A stretch of 64,000 nt of DNA from Octopus vulgaris (Eukaryota). The notes below the pieces were generated by a model, which ran no database searches, was not told where the DNA came from, and worked only from the letters and a program-made list of their open reading frames with translations. The stretch is taken from the NCBI GenBank assembly GCA_951406725.2, contig OX597820.1:51770001-51834000 (forward strand), read 5' to 3'. This document shows positions 1 through 12,039 of the stretch, piece after piece (position 1 is the first letter of the stretch; each line of letters starts with the position of its first letter). The position numbers were made by a program, and so were the translations under genes.

Positions 1-531
1 GTCAGTTATCTCCATAACAGCCCCTGGTGGCCTAGAAGCGGTTTGAAGGGTCAAATGGCAAAGACATTATTCTGCTTAGCGTAGGCATCTGGGAAATATA
101 TAACTGCTGTCATTCATAGAACAACTATTGTTTTACCCTGAGAAAAGCGCTGTTGAACTGTTAAGTGAAAGTTGGCAATCGAGGATCGAATCCACACTAT
201 GCCTGCATGAAGCCACTACACACAATTTGTGGGAAAAAAATTATCGTCTGTCATGGAGAAAGTGTAACTGTAAACGTGCAGCATTATCGGAGTAATGGGC
301 ATTCAAAAAAGTACGTATAGAAATGTATGAATGAAGAATTCAAATACAGGAAGTGCAATAATTAATGTTTAGCAGTTTTAAACTGAGTAGTTAAAATGCC
401 GAATATAGCAGGTTGATGAGGTATTTATATTTAGATAGAATAAGTGTATTTTTTTTCTTTTTGCAATTATACAAAATCTGTATCGCCTTGACCTATCATT
501 GCATGGCATGGATCACTTTATAATGTTCCAC

Positions 532-791
532 GTATCGCCTTGACCTATCATTGCGTATAGGTTCTCCACCTGGACGGGACGCCGGTCAATCGCAGGTGAG
601 CTGCAAGATGCAAGAGGGAGAGAAAGTTGTGGCGAAAGAGTCAGCAGAAGTTTTGCCATTACCCTCTGACGGAGCCGCGTGGACCTTAGGTGTTTTCGCT
701 CATAAACACAGACATCGTCCGGTCTGAGATTCGAACCGCGATCCCGCCATCGCGAGTCCGCTGCTCTAACCACTAGGCCATGAGCCTCCAC
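532..791 (-). mobile_element. tRNA-derived SINE with 10-bp target-site duplication
   Basis: Minus strand starts GGAGGCTCATGGCCTAGTGGTTAGAGC (A box) ... GGTTCGAATCT (B box). AATGTTCCAC occurs at 522-531 and 792-801 on either side. Confidence 0.75.
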
Positions 792-2317
792 AATGTTCCA
801 CTTAAGGATGTGTAGAGTGATTTGGATCGTTACTCCTCAGATGTTGCTAGGTACCTTAATGTAATTCTTCTTGTGTATGTCCCGAAAAGAAGTTCGATAT
901 TTGGCAAATAATTTCCTTTGTTTTTGAGGTCACTTTGACTTCATTTATTTATACGTTATATTCGTTTTTTTCTCAAATTGCGTATTTGGCAAGATTAAGA
1001 TGAAATCAACTTTGCATACAAATGCGCTAACACTGCATGATATGTCGAGTGTGTAAGTATCTTGGTTCCTGAAATGAGATTTTGGAATCGTTAACTGGTG
1101 TGATGTACATTTTATATAACTTTGTATTTTGGGCAGCAGTTACAATACAATATTACGCACAGTGCATATTTTGGGCGTATAGTATTAGCTAATATATATG
1201 TGGGTTGGTTTTTGTGCGTGAACGAATGCCTGTATGTCCGTGCTCGTATCTAATTTACATGTATAACATACATCTTAGTGTGTGCATGCTTGTATACATG
1301 TTTATATGATTATATGGTTGCATACAAGTATGTAGGATTGCATATGTGGGTATTGCAAATTCTTTTTTTTGTTTTTGCAAAAAAAAATCTATTTACGGAG
1401 TATTAAGCCACTCGTAATATACGCACAATATTTAATTGTCGCATCTATGCAATTATCAATTAAATAATTCTTTGATTAATAATTAACTTGTTCATTAATT
1501 TATGAAGCTCCTATCATCCACACATATGACAGTATTCAGAGCATTTCCTCGTTCGTTTATGAATATCTAATGTGCATTCACTAGTGCTACGCTTTAATTT
1601 CCCAAATCTAATAGTGAATTTTTCAAAAGTTCGTACATATGCGTCTTAAATTCTATGTCGTTCCACTATTCATAATGACGGTTATCTCGTTTGGGCTAGT
1701 ATCTATGATTGCGTGTTTCTATTCGTATGAAATTGCATTTATAAAGACACACAGGCACACACAAACACACACACATACACGCACGAGTGTATCATGATTT
1801 GTACACATACACGAATAATGAAACTCAAATACATTATTTCATACACCCGCACATGACTACATTTGTACGTATCACTGGTTAGTCATCTCTTTTCTTTACG
1901 AATATTTTAATACTTTTCACACGCATTTTATATTGCATCAAATTGTTATTTGCACAATTTATTGTATTCGGTTTATCTTTATTTTATAGTCAAAATCTCA
2001 TGAGATTGTTAAATTGTTTATATTGTTCAGGTATTTCTGAAAATGTGTATGATTTTTATACCTTTGGTGTAATACATTTTTGTTAAGGTATTTATACATT
2101 CTCTTCCGGATGTGGATGCTATCACTGTATCTGCATTTAATATGCGTATCGTCTCTCTAATTGCCAATGTTTTGAAACGTGCTAGTGATCTGAGGTTTCC
2201 TACCTCTCTGGGTTTACCTCAGAAATATCGTTAGATTAATGATGTACTCGGACCAGTTATACATCTCATAACGTCTAATTTTTGACTTCGCAATTTGTTC
2301 CAAGATGTGTCCCCATT

Positions 2318-2626
2318 GTAGTTGTTGTTGTTGGTTGCAAGCCTTTTTTTTTATTTACAGGGAGGTCCTTTTTGAAACCAGAATCTGTCATATCAGTGTC
2401 TTTATTACCCACAAGGGCTAAACATAGAGGGGACAAACAAGGACCGACAAACGGATTAAGTCGATTACATCGACCCCAGTGCATAACTGGTACTTAATTT
2501 GTCGACCCCGAAAGGATGAAAGGCAAAGTCGACTTCGGCAGAATTTGAATTCAGAACGTAGTGACGGGCGACATACCGCGAAACACTACGCCCGGCGTGC
2601 TAACGTCTCTGCCAGCTCGCCGCCTT
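2318..2626 (-). mobile_element. tRNA-derived SINE with Nin/Deu-like central domain
   Basis: Minus strand: AAGGCGGCGAGCTGGCAGA head, GAATTCAAATTC B-box-like, GCCTTTCATCCTTTCGGGGTCGA..AAGTACCAG core, (AAC)n tail. Homologous to 7140-7523 and 25752-25955. Confidence 0.75.
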
Positions 2627-2640
2627 AAACAATGTTTGAC

Positions 2641-2747
2641 GCTTACTGCATCTAGGTCTCACAAGCGGTTACTACTAACTAGGCTCGACGTTGCTTAACT
2701 TCGGTGATCAGACGAGAACCGGTGCTTTCAACGTGATATGGCCGTAA
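2641..2747 (-). pseudogene. 5S rRNA pseudogene (internal deletion)
   Basis: Reverse complement TTACGGCCATATCACGTTGAAAGCACCGGTTCTCGTCTGATCACCGAAGTTAAGCAACGTCGAGCCTAGTTAGTA-GTAACCGCTTGTGAGACCTAGATGCAGTAAGC matches metazoan 5S rRNA but lacks ~11-12 nt of the internal control region (CTTGGATGGG-like segment). Confidence 0.85.
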
Positions 2748-3140
2748 TATCGGTTAAGCTAGGAGAATGCCTGCTGCACATTATATAATGTGTATGCTTT
2801 GCCCAGTAGTATTGTTGATACATGCGAGATATACTCGAAGCCGATTCGCAAGAAATTTACACTGATGTTCTTTTGTTGTGCTTTTTAAACTACAAATTTG
2901 GTGGCTTAAGATTTCGCATAAATCCTATTTATTATAATGTTTTGTCTAATATTTCCAGCATATACAACATCAATCTATTACAAGATGCTTAGGTGACTAA
3001 TTAAATGTGCTTTCGATTGTATAGTGGACGGATCGGTGGCGGATGCTGTAAACGGCTCTATTTTCTAGTATCTGGGAAGTATCTGATAATATGCCTATCA
3101 ATAATTATGAATTTTGCTTTAAGTAATTTCAAGTATGCTA

Positions 3141-3174
<34 letters not shown>

Positions 3175-4410
3175 CCGACGTCACCAACAATACTGAAACA
3201 TATGGCAGTCCAAAGTTTCTGCTCCCAGACACGTTAACTGATTGTAAATATGTTTTTCGATTATCGCCAAAATATATGAAGAATTTCTTTAGATAGCAGT
3301 TAATGAAGATCATCAGTGATTTGTTGATATCGTACACAGATATTTATCCTGGTTCCAGAATAGTAAAATCAATCAAAAAAATCTGGTCGCATATGTTCTT
3401 GTTAATAACATATTTATAGGTCTAAAATGTGCTAATTATAAAATACCTTAATATATAACACCTAACAAAATTATTACATCCATAACAACGAGAGCTATAA
3501 TAATAGTTATGACATGAAATCTATTTCCGAAACTGTTTAAAATTCACGAAATGAGTTCCCATCCTGCAATACCGGAGTTATGTAACTCCAGTGAAGTTTG
3601 TAGAACTTTGGAGGATAGTTAAACATGGCCTAGAACAACATAATAAACATGAAATTATTAGAAACATAATACCATCTTAGCACTGGTATTGCTTATCACC
3701 AAAATAAACTAGGATCATATATTTGAAATATAAATAAGCAACTATTGTATATCCATTCACAACATCAAGATCTTCTGCGGATTGGCCGTTGATTGTTTCT
3801 AGAAATGTAACTTCTTATCAAAGTATAATCTTGGTAACTCCTATAGATATTGGAACCTTCTAAATAGTCCCTAATTCTAAAAACTCCCAAAATGTTAACA
3901 TCAAAATATTTCCAGTCCACAAACCCCGAGTGACGCTCTTCTTCTTGTTCAGAAGTGTCTAATATATATCACTGATACTATTGTTTGATCAAAGACCAAA
4001 TAAATTTATAGGAAGAAAAGAATGCCAGCATGTACAGGCTATCGTACTTCATTTACTGGTAACGTATCCGCTAATATTGATATTTCTCCTATCGAGCGTA
4101 TGATCATCAGGCTAATTTTCCTTCTGCACCTCATTTCCATTATCGACTGATTCCTGTGCACAAGTATATTTAGATTACACAGAAGATTGTTTCAGAAGAA
4201 TAAATAACTCTGACCAGTATTACAATCATTCATGTGGCAATATCCGTAGTATGTCTCAGTATTGAACATTCAATTTGATCTAAAGTTGGGTAGACAGAAA
4301 TTCGTTCAAGGTTCAGGAAAACGAACGTTGACTTTCATAAGGTTAAGATACAATTCATCCGAAAATGAAAAACATACAATAGCAGTTACAGACAGTATCT
4401 GCAGTCATGT

Positions 4411-4491
<81 letters not shown>

Positions 4492-4929
4492 TGCCCAGCT
4501 TCGAGAGAAGCAGTGTACGCATAAATCTCCCCACTCTATGACAATTGACTCCGTATCCGAGCCCTTAAAAAACACTTTTAATATCCAATATAAAACATCG
4601 CTAATAAACTACAAGATATTGTTTACATTTTGCGATATACATTGACAATAATTCTTTGTCCTGTGTAAAAGCACAGTAACAAAGAACATCAAATTGGCAT
4701 TCTGTGAGTCTCTCTTGTAAGAATAATGAAAAATATAGTGTACATGGGTCATATGTATCAAAACTGCGAACTGCTAACTTATACACGTGATGTATTTCTC
4801 CGTATGTGACTCTCTGAATATAACCCGAAGTACGGTAATAGAAAATACTGACAAAAGCTTAAAAATAGCTTCAACATTAAAGCACATGCACATATGAATA
4901 TACTTACATTTGATTTTATGGATCGATAT

Positions 4930-5120
4930 ATATTTTATCTACATTTTCAGTCGTTAGATTAGGGTTACGTTGAGTATCGTCTGAAAAGATTAAGATGAAG
5001 AAATTAAAATCAGTACTTGTTTTTAAAAGCCACACGCTTATCATATCCGTCGCTTATTCCCAGCCACTAGGTCACAGTGATGTAAACAAACAAGCGCGGT
5101 TGTCAGGCGATGGGGAGGCA
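4930..5120 (-). mobile_element. degenerate SINE 3' fragment
   Basis: Similar to the SINE body at 5640-5840 and 15475-15670 (TTTCAGTC..., GTAAACA..., GGTTGTCA.GCGATGG). Confidence 0.45.
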
Positions 5121-5211
5121 CACATATAAACTGACATGTACAAACATATATAGTATAAATGGTATGTATATCCATAAAATATCTTTCCATTTATGCATAT
5201 ATGTATACATT

Positions 5212-5246
<35 letters not shown>

Positions 5247-5524
5247 ATGTGTGTGTTTGTGTGAGTTTTTGTAAACATACGAAAAGCTACTTTCACTTTC
5301 TCTGCTTTAAATCTACGCACACATCCCTGGATGTCCCAGGGGCGACAGGGGAAAGTCACTTGCAGAACCAGGTGGATGGGAAGAAAGCTTCTTACGACAG
5401 TCAGGTCTACACACAACACGTACACACACACATACACATTCATATTCACATGCGTGCATATATAAATGTATGTGTCTGTGTGCACGTACTCTCATATATA
5501 CTCGTGTATACATACATGCATATT

Positions 5525-5617
<93 letters not shown>

Positions 5618-5629
5618 TTTGTTTTATTC

Positions 5630-5870
5630 TTTTAACCTTCTACTTGTTTAATTCCTTTGACAGAAACGTTGCTGGAGCACCAGCTTGAAAGATTTTAGTC
5701 GAACAAATTGACCCCTGGACTCATTCTTTGTAAGCCTAGAACTTATTCTGTCGGTCTTATTTACCAAACCGCTACGTTTAGGGGACTACACACACTAACA
5801 TTGGTTTTCAAGCGCGGTTGGAGGAACAGAACAGACACAAATAAGAAGCACACACACATACACACACACG

Positions 5871-5948
<78 letters not shown>

Positions 5949-6050
5949 GCATTTGGTCGACCTTAAGCTATAGTATAAGTGCCCAGGATACTACTCAGTG
6001 AGACTGAACCCGGAACCATGTGGCTTGGAATCAAACTCCTCACCACACAT
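5630..6050 (-). mobile_element. tRNA-derived (CORE-like) SINE with internal (CA)n(TA)n
   Basis: Head on minus TGTGTGGTGAGGAG...GGGTTCAGTCTC. Body homologous to 15475-15670, 26355-26735 and 27672-28190. Microsatellite at 5846-5943. Confidence 0.7.
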
Positions 6051-6411
6051 GTACTCTTTCGCCTATATCGAAAGACACCTGTTGTCTTTTCTTTTTCTTC
6101 TTAGTCGTAATCGTGTACCATGATCTCGTGTTATTTTTGTTTGCTTTTTTTGTGTTTCTTTGTATTTGTTGCCGTACACAGTCACTACCTTTTTACAAAG
6201 GGGACTAATGCTCTTAGCTTAGACTTATTCGGGTAGGTGGGCAACCAGATCGAACCATCTCAAGAGTAACTAACCGAAATAGTCTCGATCTCCGGAACTT
6301 GACTGTAGAGAGAAAACCACGAATGACGCACGAATATTCCTTCTGTTATCCGCCATTGTATCGTGTATGTGTCCGAATGTTTTAATGTCCTCTATTGCGT
6401 TTTGGTTCTAT

Positions 6412-6475
<64 letters not shown>

Positions 6476-7139
6476 TAAATGGATGTCTTTTAAATCACTT
6501 CCGCACATGCACACAATGGCAATGATACCAATAGTCCAACACACCGCCATCATTAGCTGCTCCACGGATATCACTATGGTTTGTACACCTGGGCAGTACC
6601 ATTCGAACCGCCGGTGTCAACAGCACTAAAACAAGTGTTGTTTAGGATCAAACATTCATTAGATACTCTCACATTCATTCAGTCTTAATTCTAGGAAGGA
6701 TTAAACACTAATGTTAATAATTAAGCTACAACAAAGTAACTACATTTACCCTGTGTAGAAACACATTATCAGTAGATTAATAATTCTGTAAGTAAACATA
6801 TAACTACCTCGGAAGTTATCGGACTAAATAACAACCTAGCCTTTGAAGTCCATAGAGATAATATTCCCACCAGTCTTCCAGTGTTATTACCATAACAGTA
6901 AAAATTTTATATTCTATTCCTTCCAAAACTAAACAAACTCGATTGAACTTAATTAACAATATAATTCTAAGCGAATTACACTTTTCATAACCCAAAAGTT
7001 ATTAATTAAAACACTCCATACGCATGAAATATTCGTCAGGTTTCAATGTTAAATTTAGACGAGTAATCAATAGATAATACTAAAATATCCTTACCAAATC
7101 AGAAACTAATAAAAGAATACCTATAATCAATAATTATTA

Positions 7140-7523
7140 TTTTCTACTCTAGGAAAAAGGTCCAAAATTTGGGGGGAGGAGCCAGTCGATTAGATCGAAC
7201 ACAGTACGCAAGTGATTGAACCCGAACGGATTAAAGGCAAAGTTTCCCTGGGTGGAATTTGAACTCAGTACGTAAAGACAGACGAAATACCTATTTCTTT
7301 ACTACCCACAAGGGGCTAAACACAGAGGGGACAAACAAGGACAGGCAAACGGATTAAATCGATTATATCGATCCCAGTGCGTAACTGGTACTTGATTTAT
7401 CGATCCAGAAAAGATGAAAGGCAAAGTCGACCTTGGCGGAATTGAACTCAGAAAGTAACGGCAGACCAAATAATCCTAAGAATTTCGCCCGGCTTGCTAT
7501 CGTTTCTGCCAGCTCGCAGCCTT
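7140..7523 (-). mobile_element. Nin/Deu-like SINE, composite of two partial copies
   Basis: 7295-7523 aligns to 2400-2626. 7180-7290 repeats the AAAGGCAAAG/GGAATTTGAACTCAG segment. Confidence 0.7.
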
Positions 7524-7751
7524 TCATTAATCGACGATTATAATTAAAACGTTGTTACGATTGAAGCGAAATATGTAACTGTTTGAAAGATAATATAAAA
7601 TAAACTATTATCACTTACATATTTTCTGGCCACACCAAGCTGAGTTCAACTATTTTCTCAAATCTTATATCTACCTGGTGACATAGTGCTTAGTTCACTA
7701 CTTTCCCAAATTTACTTTAGCTATTTTGGTGGCGTAGGACGCCATATATAC

Positions 7752-7825
<74 letters not shown>

Positions 7826-8479
7826 GCATATATTTCAGTACCGTTTTCAGTCATTGAGACTTCTTCAAATGAAAGCATTAAATTTTGGAAAAATTAAATG
7901 AAAAGACTTTTTAAAAGAATATTTGCAAAGTGTTCAAATACAAGGGGCATTTTCCTTATTTCTGGCTGTCTCTGTCTCTCTTGTTTAATCTTGTGGGTTC
8001 GAGTTCGCTGTGAATTATTGGCAGAGAAGAAGAAAAAGAAGAAGTAGAAGAAGGGGAAGGAGGATGAGGAGGGGGAGGAAGGGTGGAGGAGGAGAAAGTA
8101 TTGTTCATAATAGTTGCGCAGGTGTTATTCTAAACAGCAGTAGTAGTAAAGTAAGGAAGGAAGTGTGGAAAGAAAAAAGACGAAGAAGAAAAAGGAAAAA
8201 GAGAAGAAGAGAGAATGATAACGGAATGCGGGATGGTTATGATGTTAAATGATCAAGTGACCAAAAAGTGACTCGTTGTGGATTATAGCAGTGACTGGGA
8301 CTGTTTTTAATGAATTCTTGGGTATCTCTTGATACATTAACATTTCCAAAATTTAAGTTTTCCAAAACTTAATAGTTTTCCATAATTACAGTTAAAAAGT
8401 CTCAATGACTGACACCCGTACTGAAATGTTACTTTATATTCTACCTTGAATTTTTTACTTATACATACATACATGCATA

Positions 8480-8529
<50 letters not shown>

Positions 8530-9290
8530 CAAGCAACAAGAATGGATCCGGTAATTTAGTGCAATCGTTTCATACTATAACAATTTATTAAAGCTGCAAA
8601 TATTACAGCAAATATAATATGTCAAGTAATAATAACCTTGATATAAATACAAATAATAATAACAGCAATATCAATATTGTAGGTAATAGAGGTATTGTTA
8701 TGTTAGATGTGAATGATAGTGTGAATGGATTAATAAATAGTAACCCTCTTTGGATAACAATATTACCTATAATAATGAAAATAATATTTATAATAATTTG
8801 AATAACAGCAATGTGAGAGAACTGTCCTTAAATAATTCCAAATCTGAAAATTATTCCCTCAGTTGCAATTGTAGGATTAGATCAAATTTTCCGGCATCTA
8901 GTCGATGTTCAGTCCAAAATGTAATCTATAAATGTACTATAATAACTTCTAATAGTAACATTTTTTTACATCGGTTTTTCTATTAATTTTTTTAAAAAAT
9001 TAACAATCATCTTTCCTCTTTCCGATTAGATCATAAGGCAGGTTGCACTACACTATCTAGCAAAATTTGGGAATTCAAAATTAATAATATTAAATATAAC
9101 TTAAAATGGGAAATAGTTAGAAGAGCAATACCTTACAGAAATAATAGAGTAGGCTGTCAACTCTGTTCTATGGAGACCTACGAGATTTTAAAGGATAGAA
9201 AAAATAAAAATCTACTAAATAATCGTCTAGAGTTAGGTCAGTCTCGCATTCATTCAAAAATCAGAACTTTAAAATATTTTAAATAGAAAT
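8530..9290 (+). pseudogene. decayed Penelope-like element, GIY-YIG endonuclease region (CxC-type linker, Naiad-like)
   Basis: Translates to SCNCRIRSNFPASSRCSVQNVIYKCTI... and TTLSSKIWEFK..YNLKWEIVRRAIPY..GCQLCSMETYEIL..NLLNNRLE, the typical PLE EN pattern, broken by frameshifts. Confidence 0.7.
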
Positions 9291-9299
9291 TTGAAAGTT

Positions 9300-10320
9300 T
9301 TCCTATTGTTTTCTAACTGTATCTTTTTAATATGATAATAAATTCAAGACATGCTATGCCAACTTTTAATTGATTTTATAGTCAACTAAATTAACCTTAT
9401 TTTAATCATAGAATTGTACATTTTCCCAATTCTATTCTAAATTTAACATGTAATACTATTACCCCAGTTATAATTTGATTTTCACTATAAATTTGAATGG
9501 GCACTGTTCCCCTCTCGTTTGCTATAGAATTCAATTGACCTCTAGATAGTGACCTAGATTCTTTCTCACCATATAAAAATAAAAGTTAAATAAAAATAAA
9601 AATAAAAATAAAAATAAATAGCCTTCTATTCTAGTGTTAACCTTGATTTTCTAACTGTATCTTTCTCTGCCGATAACCTAAGACCCTCTTATAGCTTTCC
9701 TAATATCTCCCTTTCTCCTAACTCCTACTATAAATTCTGATGGCTTTCATTTGAAAGCAAGGTTTTGTCATCCTCACAGTCTCTTAAGAATGTCATGTTC
9801 CTTCCACACTGACCTAAATTTTCTGTCACCATATAAATAAACTGGCCCTTCTTTCTAGTGTCAATCTGTCTTTGTCATTTTACATCCCCAATGTTTTCCC
9901 CTTCTGCTAATCTGCTTCCTTAACCTTCCCTACTACCATTCCTATAACTAAAGAAACTGTTTCTTGCAACAGTTAGATGTGAACTTAATCTTGGTCTGAC
10001 TGGCATCCTTCTTCATGTTTCCTGAAATTCATATCCACAACTTTATTGGTATATTTACCTTCTCTGGGATGTTACTAATTGATTTGAGAACTTTACATTA
10101 TTGGAAAACCTATATGAATTTAGCTGAAAATTACTTGACGTATTATATTTGCTGTAATATTTGCAGCTTTAATAAATTGTTATAGTATGAAACAATTGTA
10201 CTAAATTACCTTATTGCTTATTTTTGGTTATTATCACCCCACATAATTTCATGGGTAATACCATGAAAAATTCTGGTACATCTAAATTAAGTACCATATT
10301 CATTTGAATCTAAATTGTTT
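9300..10320 (-). mobile_element. second, inverted fragment of the same PLE family (thumb/linker region)
   Basis: 10131-10210 is the reverse complement of 8550-8629 (80 bp, ~3 mismatches). IWYLI motif upstream on minus resembles IWFIIP at ~42380. Confidence 0.5.
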
Positions 10321-10336
10321 TGCTGAACTGATATAG

Positions 10337-10392
<56 letters not shown>

Positions 10393-12039
10393 TGCGCTTA
10401 GATACAGGAAGGAATGTCTAGGAATAAGCAAATTGAAAACAAGCTCAAATATGTTGTAGACGTACTTGAACTAGTAAAATCCTTTTCATTACTGTTTCAC
10501 ATGGGTTAAGTACCCCCACTGAAGAGAAGAAATATATTAAAATATCATAAACATCTTAGGATTGATGGGAGCAAGCATTTTGAACTCGTAACCCTCGTCA
10601 GGAGAAGATACCAAACAAATTTAAATCTAGCTTGAATATGAAGCAAATTTTCTTTATTAGAAATCAGAGTGTATTAACGAATACCATCTGATTTTGACCT
10701 TTATATTGGACTCAACATTAAGTGGATGGTAAGGAGAATGACTGAAGTTTACCTATAATTTGTTCTTTGATTATTCATGTTATATTTTTTTATGGTTTGT
10801 TTAGAATATATTTTCAACATTGGTGAACGGTATTGAATTTTCAAAATATACTTTTGATCTATACACTGATGTATTTCCTACTGATATATTTCCCTGCATT
10901 AAAATTTAACTATTTCCAGTTTAATATTCAGCAGTCAGCCAAATAGATATTTGAACAGAATTAATATTACTTATCTTCTGTTAAATCGACACTGTATTTA
11001 CATTCAAAATCACTTTGCATTTAAATCAATTCACATTGTGCTCAAGATTATCGTGTGAATTTAACATTTCTATGCATGAATTTATCTGTTCATTATGATA
11101 TAGGCGTCACTTTTCAGTTACCTCTTATGTTTGTCAGTCCTGGGGCCATGAGGGAAGGCCATCGTCAGTAACACGAAACTGAAGTGCTATGAGAATAACA
11201 CTTCTGTCGGAACTTCATTCTATCGGTAATAACCTACTATATTCAGTAAAAATATGTAAAACCGTAAACCTCATGCACTATCAACAGAATTCCTCTCCAC
11301 TGATTTCTGTCTTGACTTGTTTGAAATATCGAACAAGCTGGCTGCGTTTTGATTGCTGGAAAGCAAACATATGCCCATTAAGCTAGAATATGTGATGCTC
11401 GAAAGTTAATAACTCCGTGCCCAACTGTGATAACTCAGTAAGTCTTCTGAAACGTTCGCAGAAAATATTGAAAATTATGGCCGCTGCATATAAGAAGAGT
11501 TATGGTTGAATGAGAAAATACATATGTATTTGTAATTGTCGATACTGGTAAAGAAGTCTAGTTAATGAAAAATTCATATTAGCTTTCGCATATGCACAAT
11601 GCGTAAATTATTGCATGTGTTTCGATATCTGTGTACATTATCATTTTTAGTTCAGTTGAAGTATACCTCTAGCGGTGAATGTTTTAGATGCTGATTAGCA
11701 GCATGTCATTTTGAATATATCCCGCGCAAAAATGAGAGATCTTGGAATATATTTTTTTCTACTTCAATAATATAATTTTGTTCATTCTTGTAAAAAGACA
11801 GTTCGTTAAGAAGACAAAAATTCATTTCTGCCATTAACGAAATATAGTTAAGTTTTTCCAAAACAAGACAATTACACAGATAAACAACGAAAACATAAAC
11901 ATGCATATGTATATATCTGCATATGCAAGCATGTTTCTATGTATGCATCTATCTATGGATATATGTAAGCATTGAATGTATGTATATACATATGGATATA
12001 TATGTATATACGTATGAATATTTGTATACACATATGACA

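Noticed and set aside
1-330. Possible Tc1-like transposon fragment at the window edge
   Set aside because: No TIR pair or diagnostic transposase motif visible.
3200-3960. Possible ancient PLE remnant (also 6600-7130, 22650-23360, 54550-54900, 56450-57280, 58660-58960)
   Set aside because: Only vague peptide or pLTR-like hints; too decayed to support without a profile search.
8010-8252. Arg/Lys-rich protamine-like ORF
   Set aside because: Derived from a purine-rich GAA/GGA low-complexity tract, starts at a non-ATG codon and shows no splice or promoter evidence.
10570-10606. Hammerhead-like CTGACGAGG..TTCAAAATG on minus strand
   Set aside because: GAAA core and stems are degenerate; at most a dead relic.
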